Shown one piece after another: positions 14,896-29,603 of a stretch of DNA of 64,000 nt. The stretch spans positions 124,001-188,000 of the forward strand of contig CM061253.1 in the NCBI GenBank assembly GCA_022605425.2, read 5' to 3'. The notes beneath the pieces are model-generated. The model did not search any database. It saw only the letters and a list, made by a program, of their open reading frames with translations, and was not told the DNA's origin. This DNA comes from Hamiltosporidium tvaerminnensis FI-OER-3-3 (lineage: Eukaryota > Fungi > Microsporidia). The translations under genes were made by a program, and so were the position numbers. Positions within the stretch are counted from its first letter, which is position 1, and each line of letters opens with the position of its first letter.

Positions 14896-17800
14896 ACAAA
14901 CATGACTTTCATTTAAAGTCTTGTCAAGAATCTAGTATTATCATTTTTATAAATCAGAAGAAATCTAGGATATTGTTTTTGTTTATCCTATCGAGTCTAA
15001 TTTATTCCCAGGAATCAAAAATTCGGGGTATATCGCTATAAAAAAAATAATTTTTTATATCTGATACTATTTATGGGTTTCCTTATCATGAATTATTAAG
15101 CATAATGTTCGAATTTAATTCTCTAAACGGCTTCTATAGATTTATTATAAAATATAGATGAGGCACTACAATTGTTTAATTTTAATAGATATTATAGTCA
15201 TAAAGATTCGTCGATTATATCAATCTCATATATTTATTTTCATATAATTTTAAAGTTCATAATGGGCTTAGTGTTTGCATGAAATAAAGGTTTTCGATAT
15301 TTCTATAAAAATTTGTTTATTTTACGTAAAAAGTCACGTTTAAAAAACCTAGAAAAGAGACCTAAATTAAGTTTCTGGCTTTCATAGAAATTTTATTTTA
15401 GCTGTGTTTGTTTCAAGAACATTTTATGAAGAATGCTGGCGTTCTCTACGATAGATATTTTGACACTTTTTATACATAATTGCATTTTTAATAAACACAA
15501 ATCGGTATAAAACGAAATATTTGAATCGATATGGGAGTAATATATTGTTCTTAATTTGTATATTAAGTTTAATATAAGCTCAAACATATATTTGCCTAGT
15601 AATTAACCAAATTCAAGCTTTATATATACATGTGTTACAATGAAGGTCAAATTTACTTGTCAATAAAATATATTTCGCTTTATTGATTTAGGTAAATGCT
15701 GTGGTATATCATTTTAAATTTAAATGATTAAAAGACGAAATTCATTTTTATTGCTAGCCATAAGGAAAATATATCCAATAGAGGCAGCTATTTGTACTTT
15801 GTCAAATATGTTTCAATACTCGTTATTATCGTTATTTTTTCAAATTATTATATTTTGTTTTATTTCAAAACCGTAAGCGTGATAATTATCCTCATAATAT
15901 GTATAAGCAATCGAAGAAGTTCATCCTCTTGTTTTCTATATATATTAGTGGTTGATATTACTCTATTGAATTAGAATTAAGCCCATATAAATAATATTTT
16001 GTGAAAAGACTAAAAAAACAAAAAACTAAATAAAAATAATCAACAGAATAAGTTCATTCTGTATTTTTAATATTATAGTTATAGCTTAGACAGTTTCAAA
16101 ATAAACAAAAAATTTGGGAAAAATCGGAAACATTGGATATGGCTTATTTACTCAATATTTTATATCAATGGTTTGGTCTCTTATACATTTTTTTTACTAT
16201 AAAGAGATTTTGCAATATAAAAAATCAGAGATATATATGTAAAATATTAGCATTAAAATATACCAAATCGATGACGCAAAATTGAGGGTTAGTTCTATTT
16301 TCACAATCGTTAATTTGAACCGTGGAACATCTTTTTGAAAAAAAAAGAGAAACCATGATCTTGAATACTGAACACATGTTTAAAGAACTCCAACTATTAT
16401 TTAAAAAATATTGTTGTATCTTTGTTTGGAATTTGCTATTTTTTTGAAATTATACTTATTAATATAAATTCTAGCCAAAAGAAAATGATATAAGTCAAAA
16501 ACTAAACGCTATATTTTTTGGGAATAATTACCTTACAACAAAATATATTATATATTAATAATTTTATAATGAGTCTCTATAAAAGATCAGAATCATGTCT
16601 AAATATGTACAAGGCTTAATAGGAAATGGGCAAGTAATGAGTATATCGCAATTAACTTTTTCATGGTAAATAAATTACTTACTGACGAGATAGTTATCTT
16701 TTAAACCTGGAAGTCTTGCGATGGCTAACAACCAAACTAGCAAAAAAATGTTTTTAGAATGCTAAAACTTGCCAAACTCATGTTCATGTGTAAATCATGT
16801 TGCAATAAAAGAATTAGAAAGAGGTGTAATATAAGATAGGCTTATGATAGAAATTCATATATTTTTTAGGTTTTGAAGGCTTTGCACTACAGATCTCATT
16901 TATTGTATGAACGAAATGTCAATTCAACATAAAAAATGTACTTTTACTTTTGGAAAAAAGTTCTCTGTATCACCTTGCGTATAGATTTTCTATACCTTTT
17001 AAAAAGTTACAAATATACCCTCAAGTTAACGTATCGATTTTTATAATTAAAGAAAATTTACAAATTTGAACTAAAAAAGAGCTTTCGTAATCTTTTTTGT
17101 ATATATTTATATAGCAGGGTGTTAAACTGTTACTTTAAAATTGAGATTTAATGTTATACGTACCAATCATTTAGTTATAATCCTGCTTTGCAGTTATAAT
17201 TTGTATGTTTTTTTACTTTAGGTCATAAATTTTGCTTTTCAAACACACTTTTCAAAACCATTCTTCGTTTCTAGCATTGAAATTATCTTACCAATATTTC
17301 CTTAAAAAAATTGCAGTTCTTACCATACAAGTATTTCTAAACGTAATCTCACTTTATGTATTATAGATGTTTCATAGATTTTTAGATATAGACTTTTTTC
17401 TTTTCCGGGCCATTTACCTTATATACCCCTAAATTTTTAACCTGCTTATAAATATGTGATTCTTACAAATACTACTTATAGCATTTTCTTTAAATATTCT
17501 TAATTAACATGGATTATTTCTTTTAAATCATAAATATCAAGTTTATGTTAGAATTTGAACTTGCTAACTATTTATTTTTGACTTGTTTTATTCCATTGGT
17601 CTTATATTTTTATTTTCCCTGTACGTTTTCCGATTATGTAGAATTCAAAGATACTGTCTATAATTTTCTAATATTTCTCTTGAGAAACTTCGTTTTTTTT
17701 AAAAGCTAGTTTGAAGAGATATATATTTTTGAAAATTTAGAGCCATTACTATTTGGGTTATTTTGGGAAAGCAAATATACTATAGAAATCATGCTGTTCT

Positions 17801-18296
17801 GCTACTATGAATTATGCCACCAAGTATTTAAATAGAGACAAAGGTTTAGAAGCAATAGCACAGATAAATCTTGATTTTGGATTGGTCTGAAATTCAAAAG
17901 CACACCCGTCTTAATGGGTTTTTGTCCCATATTTTTGATAACCAATCTAAATTTTCCCGGTGTAATATTAACTTAAACATGATTTAAATCATTACGCTGA
18001 TATTATTGCAAATTTTCACCTATGTAACAATATTAAGATTTTTTTATAGCAAAAATAGTTTTTTTTCATTAGATTCTTAACATAAACAATTTATAATTAA
18101 AAATATTTTATCTTGCTATGTTATCGAAAAATTACAATTAAATTATTTCTTTTATATCTTAAATTACTTAATTATAAAAAAAATACGACAAACTTAAATT
18201 TGTATATTCTCTTTTAAGTTAGTATCGGAATTTTATCAATTTATGTCTTTCGACTATTCATTCGTTCAAATTAACTTATTGCATTTGAGTAAAACA

Positions 18297-21200
18297 TTTA
18301 TTCAATAAAATTCAGGGTTAAAATACTTTTACAATTTTTTAATGTTTTCTTCTACCTCTTTAACCATTGCTGTCTCTTCTTCCAAATTTAAATCTTCATT
18401 TATGTTATTGGTCGGTTCCTCTAAAGTGGTTCCTCCTTGTGAAATAAGAAGTATATTATTTTTTGGTTTAAAATTTTTTGCACCATCATCCTCTCTCTTC
18501 TCTTCTTTTAAAGGGGGGTATTGGTTCCTCATGCATCTCTGATCTCATAATAACACCCATTGACGCTCTCTCCCAGCTCTCTTCGGAATTTAGTCCTGAC
18601 TCAAGTCCTCTTCGTCGATCAAAGGAAATTGTTTCGACTGTCTTCTTAAGTACTATAGACTGAATGTATGCCTCTACATTCATGGGTATTTCTAGTCTTT
18701 TAAGATGAGATTTATGGTATTTGGTCTCAATACCGTCCCAGGTCATCACATAAGGGATTATCTCAACACTACACTTATAAATAAGACCTAACTCATTGGC
18801 TAGCAAGTCATACTTCCTGAGTTTTTCAGTTTCAACTATTTGAAGTGAATCTTGGGAAGTGATTCCTACTTCAATGAGTGTTATCTTATTCTTCTTCTTA
18901 TCTAAAATAAATATGTCCGGTCTGTTATTCCGAATTTTAACATCAGTTTTAATTCTGGTGTCCACTATTATCTCTGCATACTCATTATCAAGAATTTCTT
19001 GTATTGAGAATCTCCTAATTTGTTTTGAAGACTTAAACTTATATCTATTTAGAAGAAGTAGGTGTAGGCATCTAACCACTTCATTATGCCGTCTAGTGTA
19101 ATCATGGCCTAGCATTTTTTCACATCTAGTTGCTAGATGATCTACAGTCTTACCAGACTTCCCGCAATGTTGACACACACCATCTGCTCCCAAGAATACA
19201 TTTCTATCCTGGATATAGCAGAACACAGCTTCATTTCGTGGCCTAATATTTACTCTATTTAGCCATCTTAAAGAGTCACTAACACTCAAAAGTTCATTTT
19301 TTCTTGCCTTCTATAACTTTGAATGGAGTTTTCGTTTTTCTATTTCGTTATTTAGTTTTGCAAGTTGAGCTTCTTCTAAACTTTTCTTAGTGACTTCTTC
19401 TACAAACCTGTACTTTACTTTTAAGAAGCCTTTTATTAGTGCAAGATGGGTTTTATTATTATTGTCCACCTTGAGGATTGCTGCTCGTCTAGTTGATATT
19501 TCTTTACTTTTTTTCAGACAATCCAAGAGTTGCAGAAGCATATGTTCGCTTCGCAACTAAACACTATGTAGGCCTCTTCCAAGTTCTGTTCTAGGAAGAT
19601 ACAAACGCTCTTTACATCCTGGGCGAATATGTATCTTATTTTTCACATACACCGCACGCAGTGCATCATCTAACTTAGAGAAGTCAGCCGGTTCAAGTCG
19701 AAGTACTCTTATGTGGTAGTTGATTAACGATATCGCATGTGGATTAATTGCAGAAAATAAACTTTTTGCGTTAAATATAATGTGACAAAGTCTTTCAACT
19801 CCTACTATCAGTTGCTTTGTACTTCTTCAAATGAGCTACGTGTTGGAATTCCTCTGCTATCTTCTATTATTCCTAAATATTTGTAAACACTAACACCCTC
19901 TAGAAGAGTAGCAGTATCTTCACAACACGTATCATTTGTGGCTGACTTCTCTTTGTTAATCTCTAAGCCAATCACCTCTAAAAATTCCTTTGCCTCGTCT
20001 GTCATAGCACTCAATGTGGAACTGTCTTTTGCAAGTAGCTTTAGATCATCAATAAACAAGAGATGATTAGTAGAATGGGATTCTGCATCTGTTTGTACTG
20101 TCACTTTTGTGCGTTTTTCATTAAGCTTTCGGCTTAATAGATCCATACACAACACAAATAACAATGGTGACAAACTATCTCCTTGTAGAATCCCTCTATC
20201 AATCTTCTTGCTCATGATTTTTTCAGGCCCTACTGATATATCAACTATCTATTTTTACATAATTATCTGCAATAAATTTTAAGATCAGATCAGGTAAATT
20301 TTGGTTTTCAATGCATTGAGTTTAATAAGCATGATCTATTGAATTATAAGCTTTTTTAACATCAATCCATGTTGCCTTAAGATTGTTTCCATACTCTTTA
20401 TTTAAGGCAATATTCAGTAGAGCCTGCTCTTTCGCTCCCTGCACACCTCTTACCGCCCCTAATTGGTTCTCTGCAAGCAACCCTCGCCTTTCCACTTCAA
20501 TTTGAACGACTTTCGTTACACACTTTGTGGTTAACTTAAAAAGGTTGGACATACAAGTGATTGGCCTGTAGTCAGAGCCTCTTCATGGAATTCCTTTCGG
20601 TATCAAATACGTAAGCCCACAGTAAAACCAATCAGCTTGAGGTGTTCCTTCTAAACGTATAACTTTCACAATATCATAAATATATTTGTGAAGAGTTGTA
20701 AGTTTCTTGATGAAAAAATTGTAAATACCATCAATTCCAGCAGCTTTCCAATTGGGAACCAATTAATGATATTTACAAATTCATCAAGTGAAGGAAACGT
20801 GGTCAGATGATTATCTGATACAAATGGAATCAAATAATCATCATACGTGACTGTGTCATCATTTTGTTCCACATTGTAGACCAAAAACTCACAATTTCAT
20901 CACGGCTAACCACATGCTCGGATTCTATACGCTCAGATAACCCACGATAAAATTGACCATGGAAAAGCTCAAACATACGATTCTCTTTTCGGAATTGCTT
21001 CCTACTTTCATGTATCGCAATTTTTTTCTCGTAAACATTCAAAGATTCATTCTTCTTAACTAAAGCCTCAGAAAGATCAGTTACACTGCTCAAGTTTAAA
21101 TTAAATTCTCGCATGATTTTCTAAGGCTCTTCGTTTCAGAAGTGGAGAGCTTTTCCTGCTTACAAGCCTTCTCGAGAAGATCTTTGGAAAGTACTAACTT

Positions 21201-22075
21201 AGAAATTTTACTTTCTATGTTTTCCTTCCAAGCGGATCTAGGCTTTTCTTTGCGTGTTGCCTCGTCATAGCATACCTGGGCTGCCTGGATTATCCGTGCT
21301 ACTTATGTTATCGTCATCGGCACATAAGAATCAGCATATCACCGATAATTCGATTAATAAGGTCCAAAACTTTACTTTCAACCAATTCACTTGGAAGATT
21401 TCGAGTTCTGACCACCTCTTTTCTAATTTTCTTCTGTGAGATTTGTTTGATTTTACTCAAAAATTTATCTCACAGGTTTATGTACTCCGTGTCAGTCAAG
21501 GTACATTGCTCAGTCAGAAAAATGGCGATTCTACATATCTCTCTGTTCTCTTCTTGCTTAGTTTCTCTTTCTGCCGCCTTTTGTGGAATTTTTTAAACGC
21601 ATCTATATCTAGTGTGCAGCTAAATTTCTCATTATAGTACCTCAGAGTAGCGAGCCAGCCATTTCTGGGCATTCTATCAAACCCTTTTGCACTCTAGAAT
21701 AGCAGATCTAGGCCATTCCTGCTCTACGACTGTGACAGAGTCAAGTATTGAGTGCAATACCATCATTCGATTCCCTTCTAGAATGGCATCTGTATTGAGG
21801 TTTGTCATGCCGTTGGCTGGTCCAAACGCAGTGGCATCGGTACCAGAAGACGAGGGTATGGTGTCAACCAAGCAGACTAGACTAGTCTGGCAACTACTTC
21901 TTGGTGGTTGGTGGGTGGTGTTATGGAAGGTCGGTGGAGGTGGAATTCTCTCGGATAACATTGCTACATCTACATCACACATCAAAATCTCTCCTGCGCT
22001 GTTCTCCAAGTTGTTTACAGCCTTTATTTTTTCAATTTTTATATTTTCGCTGTCTACTTTTTTCCTTCTACTCAT
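18297..22075 (-). mobile_element. Non-LTR retrotransposon, R4/Dong-like (RT + CCHC + restriction-like endonuclease), frameshifted copy 1
   Basis: Fragments carry WIDVKKAY, RGILQGDSLSPLLF, LFIDDLKL and YKYLG (RT); CQHC...DHLATRC (zinc knuckle); RHNEVV; and RPDIFI...LIEVGIT...KLRKY (PD-(D/E)xK RLE). Starts MSRRKKVDSE and ends ...AACCCTGAATTTTATTGAATAAA. Clade assignment is from motif style. Confidence 0.9.
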
Positions 22076-22077
22076 AT

Positions 22078-22190
22078 GGAATGAGAATAATAATGATAAG
22101 AGGAATAAGTATTGATAGGAAGAATAAGAATAAGGATTGATAGGAAGAATAAGAGGAATAAGAATAAGAAGAATAAGGATTGATAAGAAC
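22078..22190. repeat. Degenerate (AATAAG/GAATAAG)n purine-rich microsatellite
   Basis: Visible repeats such as aagaataagaataaggattgataggaagaataagaggaataagaataagaagaataagg, directly abutting the retrotransposon start codon. Confidence 0.7.
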
Positions 22191-22384
22191 AGAGATTGTT
22201 TTTACATTAAAATTATATTTAAAGAATATTTCTATTTATTTTTATCTAAATGAAATCAAATAATTAAAATAAATATTTTAACATTTTTTTTGGTAAAATT
22301 ATAGATAAATTATAATGTATTAGGTGTCAATCTTATAAAAACTAACTGAATTTTATATTCTACAGAAAAAATATTTGTGAGTAT

Positions 22385-22555
22385 ATTTATAATCTTAATT
22401 TACTAATTTATAATCTTTTACACTTTAAATTTAGTAATTTATAAATATTTATTACTCAGTTATAATCATTTACATTTTTAATTTAGATAATTTACTATTA
22501 TATATATTACTGAATTATAATCTTTTACTATTTTAATTTAGATAATTATAAATGT
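22385..22555. repeat. Imperfect AT-rich tandem repeat, about 3 units of roughly 50-55 bp
   Basis: TTATAATC(T/A)TTTAC...TTTAA(A)TTTAG(A)TAATT recurs near 22408, 22460 and 22515. Confidence 0.5.
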
Positions 22556-22893
22556 ATTTGTTTTTTATTTAGTTTTTTTTGAATTCGGAATTCGTAAAAG
22601 GGTTTTGAGGAATTTACTACTAAAAATTTATTGTTTTTTTAAGTCAGTATATTTCTCTTCTGCTGTTTTTTGTTTTATTTTTTTGAGGATTAAGCTATTT
22701 ATTTTCCGTTTATTCCTTTCACTTTACATCTAATCTTAATTCGTGTGATTTGTTTTTTTTGTCAGAAAAAAACAGTTTCTTCTAGTGATATGCTGGATTG
22801 ATTTATTTATTCTTGTATAACTTCCTAATTAAATTTATTAAATTTTTTAATTTAGTCAAGTATACAATTTTATGCGTTATTGAAAGAATAATT

Positions 22894-23611
22894 TGTGAAT
22901 AGAAGATAACCGCACTAAAAACTATCTACTTAGTAATTATCAGATGAAATTGATCTATGGCATTGTTTGGATTCCTGCAATACAATAACATATTAGATTT
23001 TAAGTTGTTCTAGGGGAGTTTTAGAAAGAAGAGAAAATCTATAAAATTGTGAATTTTTTTTTCTACAGAGTTAGGTTTTTATTTCCATGTAACTAGATTG
23101 GAAACAACGAGTGAATCTGTAGGTAATTTCCATGTAGAAGCATGTAAACCTAGCCTTATTACTTGGGTTGAAAACTTAGTGTTTAGAGGATACGGAAAAG
23201 CATACCTTTTAAAAAGCCAGGAAGCTAAATAGCAGAATACTTGTTAATATGACATTGCACTGTTAAATGGACTTCATATAAGTCACCGAGATAAATATTT
23301 TAGCAGTAAGTTTATTCGGTTCGAAAAGTATAGAGTAAGTGGAATCTGATAGACTTAAAAGTTTTATGGGAGGTTTAGACCTACGATCACACTCTATGCA
23401 ACAAAATTAACAAATTATTGGCAACTACCTCGCCCGTTAATTGGGTTCTACATACCTTTTAGATGAGAGACTTTGGGAGTAAGTATCGTAAGAGGTACTA
23501 ATGTAGTGTTGCAGGCAGCTATTTATGTTAAAACCAGAACTACGTTAATGTTATGAAAAAAATATAACAGTTACGATTGTTGTTTAAAAAGATGTGATAT
23601 TTTTAAATAAA
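22894..23611 (+). mobile_element. ~715-bp non-coding structured retroposon (family B), diverged copy 1
   Basis: Collinear with 48930-49649(-) and 53470-54180(+). Starts TGTG...GATAACC and ends GATGTGATATTTTTAAATAAA. TTATTGAAA on both flanks (22877-22885, 23613-23621) is a probable eroded TSD. Confidence 0.75.
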
Positions 23612-26600
23612 ATTATTGAAATATTATAAAGGATATAAATAAATTTCCAGTAGAAGATGCTTTTAAATATTAATATTATTTACAGTTGTTCCTGGATTTT
23701 AAAAATAAATAGAAACAAAATCCGAACGAAATGATTAAAATTGAATGCAATTTTTAAAATTAAAACTTTAAAAATATGAAAAAAATTCTGTTCATATGAT
23801 GTGCTACAATCTAAAAAGACTAGTTACCGATAGTCAATGCAAATGTTTATTTGGAGTATGAATGTTTCGAGACGTTTCATTCTCTACTTCTACACACTCT
23901 TATTAGCTGTGTAAGATCAAGGAACTAATATAAGAGTCATATTCTTAATCAGAACACTATTTCTAAAGGGTCCCATTTTTTTCGAATTATTTTATAGTTC
24001 CAGGTGAGTTATAGCTTTCATATAGACACTGTTGGTTATATAATAGATTTTATATAACAAAGGTTTTATTAAATAAAAATTTATTTTATTTTAAAATTCG
24101 ATTGTTTGTAAGTATTCTATAATCACAATTATAAAGGTAGAACTCTATACTCAATGGTTATGATATTCAAAAAATAATATAAATTTAGATAACTTTTAAT
24201 TACTATGCCAAAGGTAAATTTTTATAAAAAAAGGTTTACATTTTTATGTATAGTTTTATAAAGAACTTGCTTGGTATATTTTCATTTCAAGATACTAAAT
24301 ATAGAAAAATTACGAATTATTGTAAGATTATAATTTTTAGGCTTTTGAATTTATAATAAAGTCATTTTTATTTATTCTTACACGATATTGTTTATGAGAA
24401 GAATGTATAGCAAATATAAAAGAGATTTTATAAAATTTTATGTTTCGAAAGTATTATATGCGGCTTAAAACACAATTCTATGTTTTATCGATATATCTAA
24501 TTTCTGGCAAAATAAAGATCCCTAGATTTTTTATAATATATTTAAGTAAGTATTCGATGTAATAATAAAAATATATGTATTTTTGGGAAAATGTATCTTT
24601 TAAATATAAAAAAGTTTTTTAATTTTATTTTTCCAAGTGATGTTTGCTTAAAAAAGTTTAAATATTGAAAGAACATTTATTTACAATGACTAAAAACAGT
24701 TTCGAGGTAAAAATGCAAATATTAAACTTGAATTAAAAATAATTTGTTTATTGCAAGGTAGGAATAATTTATAATTAGTATAATATGTTTTAAGAATTAA
24801 GAAGTAAACATCATGTTTCTAATTTTACTGATAGAATCCAAAAAAATATAAATCTAATAATTAAATTATTTTTAAAATGGCAAGTCTAATATACTTCTCT
24901 GATAAAAAATTTAAATTTCAAGCAAATTTTCTGAGAAATTTTAAATAAAAATTTTAGTCAATAAATTGAAATGTTTCTTTATTTAATTTGCCTGTAAATA
25001 CTATTTAAATGAAAATACTTATGTTTGAGTTGTGAATTCTATTACGAATGAATATTGCTCCTGGTGGATAATAAAGAGATGAATAATTTATTTTAAGAAT
25101 AGTTTTTTTTTGCATTTTAAACCAAAAACCCGAAAGAAATCTAAATAAATACTTCTTTTTTATGGATTAGTAAGAATCATAATTTTAGATTGTAAGATAA
25201 GCTTTATTATAATTGTAATCTTAACATTTAAAAATAATATCTAATACTTTTAAAGCATACGTTGGAAAATCACTAAAATATAATAATTAACAGCTAAATA
25301 CAAAAATTCACTAAAATAAATTCCACCAATATGTATGTATTATAAAAACCTTGTCTTAACATTAAGTAAGTATGGCCGAAAAAGAAAAATTTGTTTTTTT
25401 TTACAGCTTATTCTTTATGATAAGGTAAATAAATACTAATTGAAAACATTTATTACGAATAAAATACTACCCACTGACATATTAAGAAGAAAAAAAAATA
25501 TATATACAAAAGCCTACATGTATTATAATTTTTTTTTGTTTCTTGATGTTTTGTGGAATATATTTGTTTGTTTTTGGATCAAATTATCACTAAATTTTAT
25601 CTAAAACTTTTCATTTACGATATTTTTAGTTTCTGTTTTAGGAAAATATAAATCTTAATTCTTTCATTATAAAGTTTTATAGTTGATTTCACTCTCTTTA
25701 ATTTATATTCCTTAGTGTTTATGTTGTATCAAAACATGATAAAGATTATATTGATAACTTAAGGAACAACATGAAAATTCTATCTTAAATTTATTATATT
25801 AAATAAACAAGCTTTGAATTTAGTTTTCTATTGTGTTCATAAATAGTGTAAAGCCTTGTTATAGTATTATGTGTTTTTGAACCCTCTTGATTGATTTTTA
25901 GAATATTAATTAGTCTTGGATGGTATAATTGATTATATTTATAAAAATCAATTCCGATTTCCAAGAAGATACTCATTTTATTCATGGGTTTGTAGCTTTT
26001 TGAGGCCGTCTTCCTTTGAATCTAAAAATTGTTATCTACACCCTAATGAAAAAGTTTTTCGATTTTTGTAAATTTATAGTTTTTTTAAGAAAATAAGCAT
26101 GTTTTGTATCAAATACGTTAAAATATTTTTTTCCAATGACTAGATTGTTGTTGCTTGTTTATTATAATATTCGTGAAACGAGTCTTTTTTTTGAAAGAGA
26201 CACGCGGGGTTATTATTTTATTTGAGCGATTTTTCGCTTTAAGTATTGTGTGCAGAACTTAGGGAAACTCTATTTATACAAGTAGTCAATAGCAAATAGC
26301 AGAGGTAATGGTAATATCTATTTTGCGAAATGTAGAAAACGTTCTAAGTGCTTACATAATAATTTTTTTACTATAATGTTTGAATTTTTTTTGAATATGC
26401 CCAATGTCTCACATTTCAATTAAATTGGCTTTCTTTAAATCACCATCATCTATCAAATTTAGGTTATAGAGAAAAAAATCGGTTTATCACTTTAAGTCTT
26501 AATAATATTCCTTGTAGAAAAATATCAATCGAATTATTTGCTAAAAAAAATTACAATGCCTTGCAATATTTGTATAATTGTTAGTTTTGGATTTTCGACA

Positions 26601-28620
26601 AAAATTGAATCAAGCAATGGAAGATTTACAAAATTCCAAATGACAACTTGACCTACTAAAATTTCTAGGCTTCCCAAAATGCAGATAATTTTGCACCGTC
26701 TATTATATTTGCACCAAATACTTCGATTAATTCAAGTAGAAATATATATCCACAAAGTAGACTATTCTAAGAAAAGCGTCTTTGCTATCAATACCTTTTA
26801 TTAAATAACAGTTTCAACTAGTCTGTAACTAAATAATTTCTTCCACTAATTCAACAACCCAGCTAAGCATGCAATATTTAGAGAGCCATCATATTTAGTG
26901 TGATATAGAACCACGGTGTGAACAACAACAATTTCTTTAGAAAAACACAAAGAAAATAGAATCAACAGAAGCTCGCCTACAGATATATTTTACATAGTTT
27001 ATTGAAGTAAGTAGATATTTTTTTAAAAATCATCTTGAAAGTTTTCAACACAAATGTATAGTGATGTACATGCAATGTGTTATTATAGATTGTGTAAATT
27101 ATTTCTTCATGTAGGAAAAAAATCCAGAATGCATACCTAAGATTGCTGGAGTTCCATTGATGCATATTGATCTAGCAAGTTCAATTGTAATAGATAGTCT
27201 AATTAAAATCTTTTTGCAATGAAAATAGCACTTTCGTGGCTTACAAAATAAAAATTTGCCCGTCATTTTTCTTTCTTTTGCATATCGCATGTATATCAGC
27301 AGTTTCTTGCAATTATCAACATCTTTGGCTCATCTAATTATATCTTTTTTAGCTCGTTCCTTCCCTACGAATGAAAGACAATCAAAGAATAAATCATAGC
27401 TTCGCATAGTTATAGGCGTCCCAAAGACATTATCTTATGATTGGTTAAGTTTCGGCCAACGTAATCTCATTAATTAGACTTTTTATTTTATATCTCGTCG
27501 TTTCATCAATTTAGATACTTGATTTAAAATATAGAATATTATTTTTTTTGTTTTTAGTTGTTTAAAACAAATTCCTATTTACTTGGAGGACTCGCATGAG
27601 AATTTAGTTTCAATGTTTTAAACACAATATATAAAACTCAATTATAGTCCTCTTTAAACCCTCCCGAGATTTGATTTTCACTCGCACTTTCTTTTTTGGT
27701 CAAAAAATCGTTTCCGAGTCTTTTTGTGCTGTATCGACTGAATGAATGTCTCTGTTTTTTCACGTACTTGCGTTTTTTTTAGCATACATATTACTGTATT
27801 TTAGCCCAATAAACCTCAAGTTTATGACATGAGCGATCATCTCACAACCAATTTAAATACAAGATTAAATTTATTAGCCAATTAAAGACTATGATTCTCC
27901 GGTTTTTACATTTTCAACTATTTGAGATGAATCTTATGAAGGTATTTCCACTTAGATAAGCGTACTTAATTTTATTTCTTATAAAAACTAAGAATATCCA
28001 ATAAATTATTACAAATTTGAATCGGTTTTAATCACTTCTTCTTCAACATTTTTTCATTGTACCTGTTTCAAGAACTTCTCGGACAGTGTGAATTAAATTT
28101 CGTTTTGTAAACTTAAATTTATATCTATTTAGTGAGAGTAAATGTATGTTTTCCCCACTTCGTTGTGCCACCTGCTCAGTAACATCCAGCCTTTTAAATT
28201 CAGATAATCAAATTATCTACTGGTTTACCAAAATGATTGCAGTGTAAACTTTCCATGCCTACTATAATAAATTTCTATACTGAATAAAGCTGAAAATTTG
28301 TCAAAATATAATCAATAACTATTTTTTTTCTTTTGGAATAACTCGAACGTCAACAAGTAATTATTATGACGCCTTAGAAAATTTATTCAAATATTTACCA
28401 AATTCATATATATTCAAATTTAAATGATATATCTTCTCCCATCCAAAAATTTAGAGTTAAATGAACTTTGTTCGTTTTAAACGTTTTTGTCTTTTGTTCT
28501 GTAAAAATACAGAATATAAAAAAGTAATGTTTCATTCGCCTAATAATCTATTTTGAATATTTATAGGCTTGAGCTGCGTAGTTCTTGTAGACAAAAAAAT
28601 TTCTTTGAAGTGATTTGTAT

Positions 28621-28847
28621 TCATTCATTCATCCTTGGCACTACAGCCCTGTGCGAGCCTTGGCCTCCCTTAGTAATATCGCCCACCGGTCTTTTTCCAG
28701 TGGGTTTGTTTACTTATCGGGTTTCGTAACAAGGTAGTTTTAAAGGGTGGGTTGTTAGCCCTACGCGCAACCTAACATGGAGGATCAGTCTTTTTTAGTT
28801 GCCTCTTACGACAAGCAGAGAATACTACAAGCCAATTCTGCACCCGG
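28621..28847 (-). mobile_element. RTE-derived non-autonomous retroposon (family A), copy 3
   Basis: 14-bp TSD with one mismatch: GAAGTGATTTGTAT (28607-28620) / GAAGTGGTTTGTAT (28848-28861). (GAAT)n tail. The 3' part reads DRWAILLREAKARTGL*, like an RTE ORF C-terminus. Confidence 0.85.
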
Positions 28848-29603
28848 GAAGTGGTTTGTATAGTAATAAGCATTTATAAATATTTTCTTCAAATTTCGCT
28901 CGAAGTTTTTTTCATACTGGTAATTTGTTTAAATTTTCTGTTCGTAATTCATTTGTGCGTTCTTTTTTCAAGAATTTTACCTAAAATGATTGCTTTTGTT
29001 TAAAGATTAGTATCAAACTTTCGATATGAAACAGAAAAGAAAATTTATATAAATATATTTATGAAATAATATATGAGTTCATTTATAAAGAACACATTGC
29101 TTTTCCCCCGTAATTTTCTAAATCTCACACTATTTACACAATATCTTTCTCGCTTGATATTAAAAGCGGTTTGCGTTTGTTTTTATGCAAGTTTTTAAGG
29201 GCCTACAGTTTAATTTGATATTCAAAATTTAAAATTTTAAAATCTAATTAAAATAAACATTGATTTCATTTAAATTGAAGTCAAGATTCTTTCTTTAAAT
29301 GAAATAATTCAATAAAAAAATTCAAAACTCAAATTTTACAATTATATTACTTTAAAAAACTCATTTGTCTTATTGTTTCATAAAGGAAAATGAATTTATA
29401 ACAAAAAATGATTTCATTTATACCAATAATTAGTATTAATATATTCAAAATGTATTATTATTCATTGTTGTCCAATTAAATATTAGGAAACCCTTTTTAC
29501 TAAACTAAAATTATCAATAAAAAAATACCTTTTTTAGAAAACCAATAAAAATAAAACTAAAAAAATAATAAAAATAAAACGCAAGGCATAAAAAATAAGA
29601 AGA

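Noticed and set aside
27300-28260. Possible RTE LINE relic on the minus strand (AWKVYT..EFKRLDV; MRLRWPK), with similar hints at ~4550-4740
   Set aside because: Only short degenerate peptide resemblances amid many stops; needs a translated HMM search.
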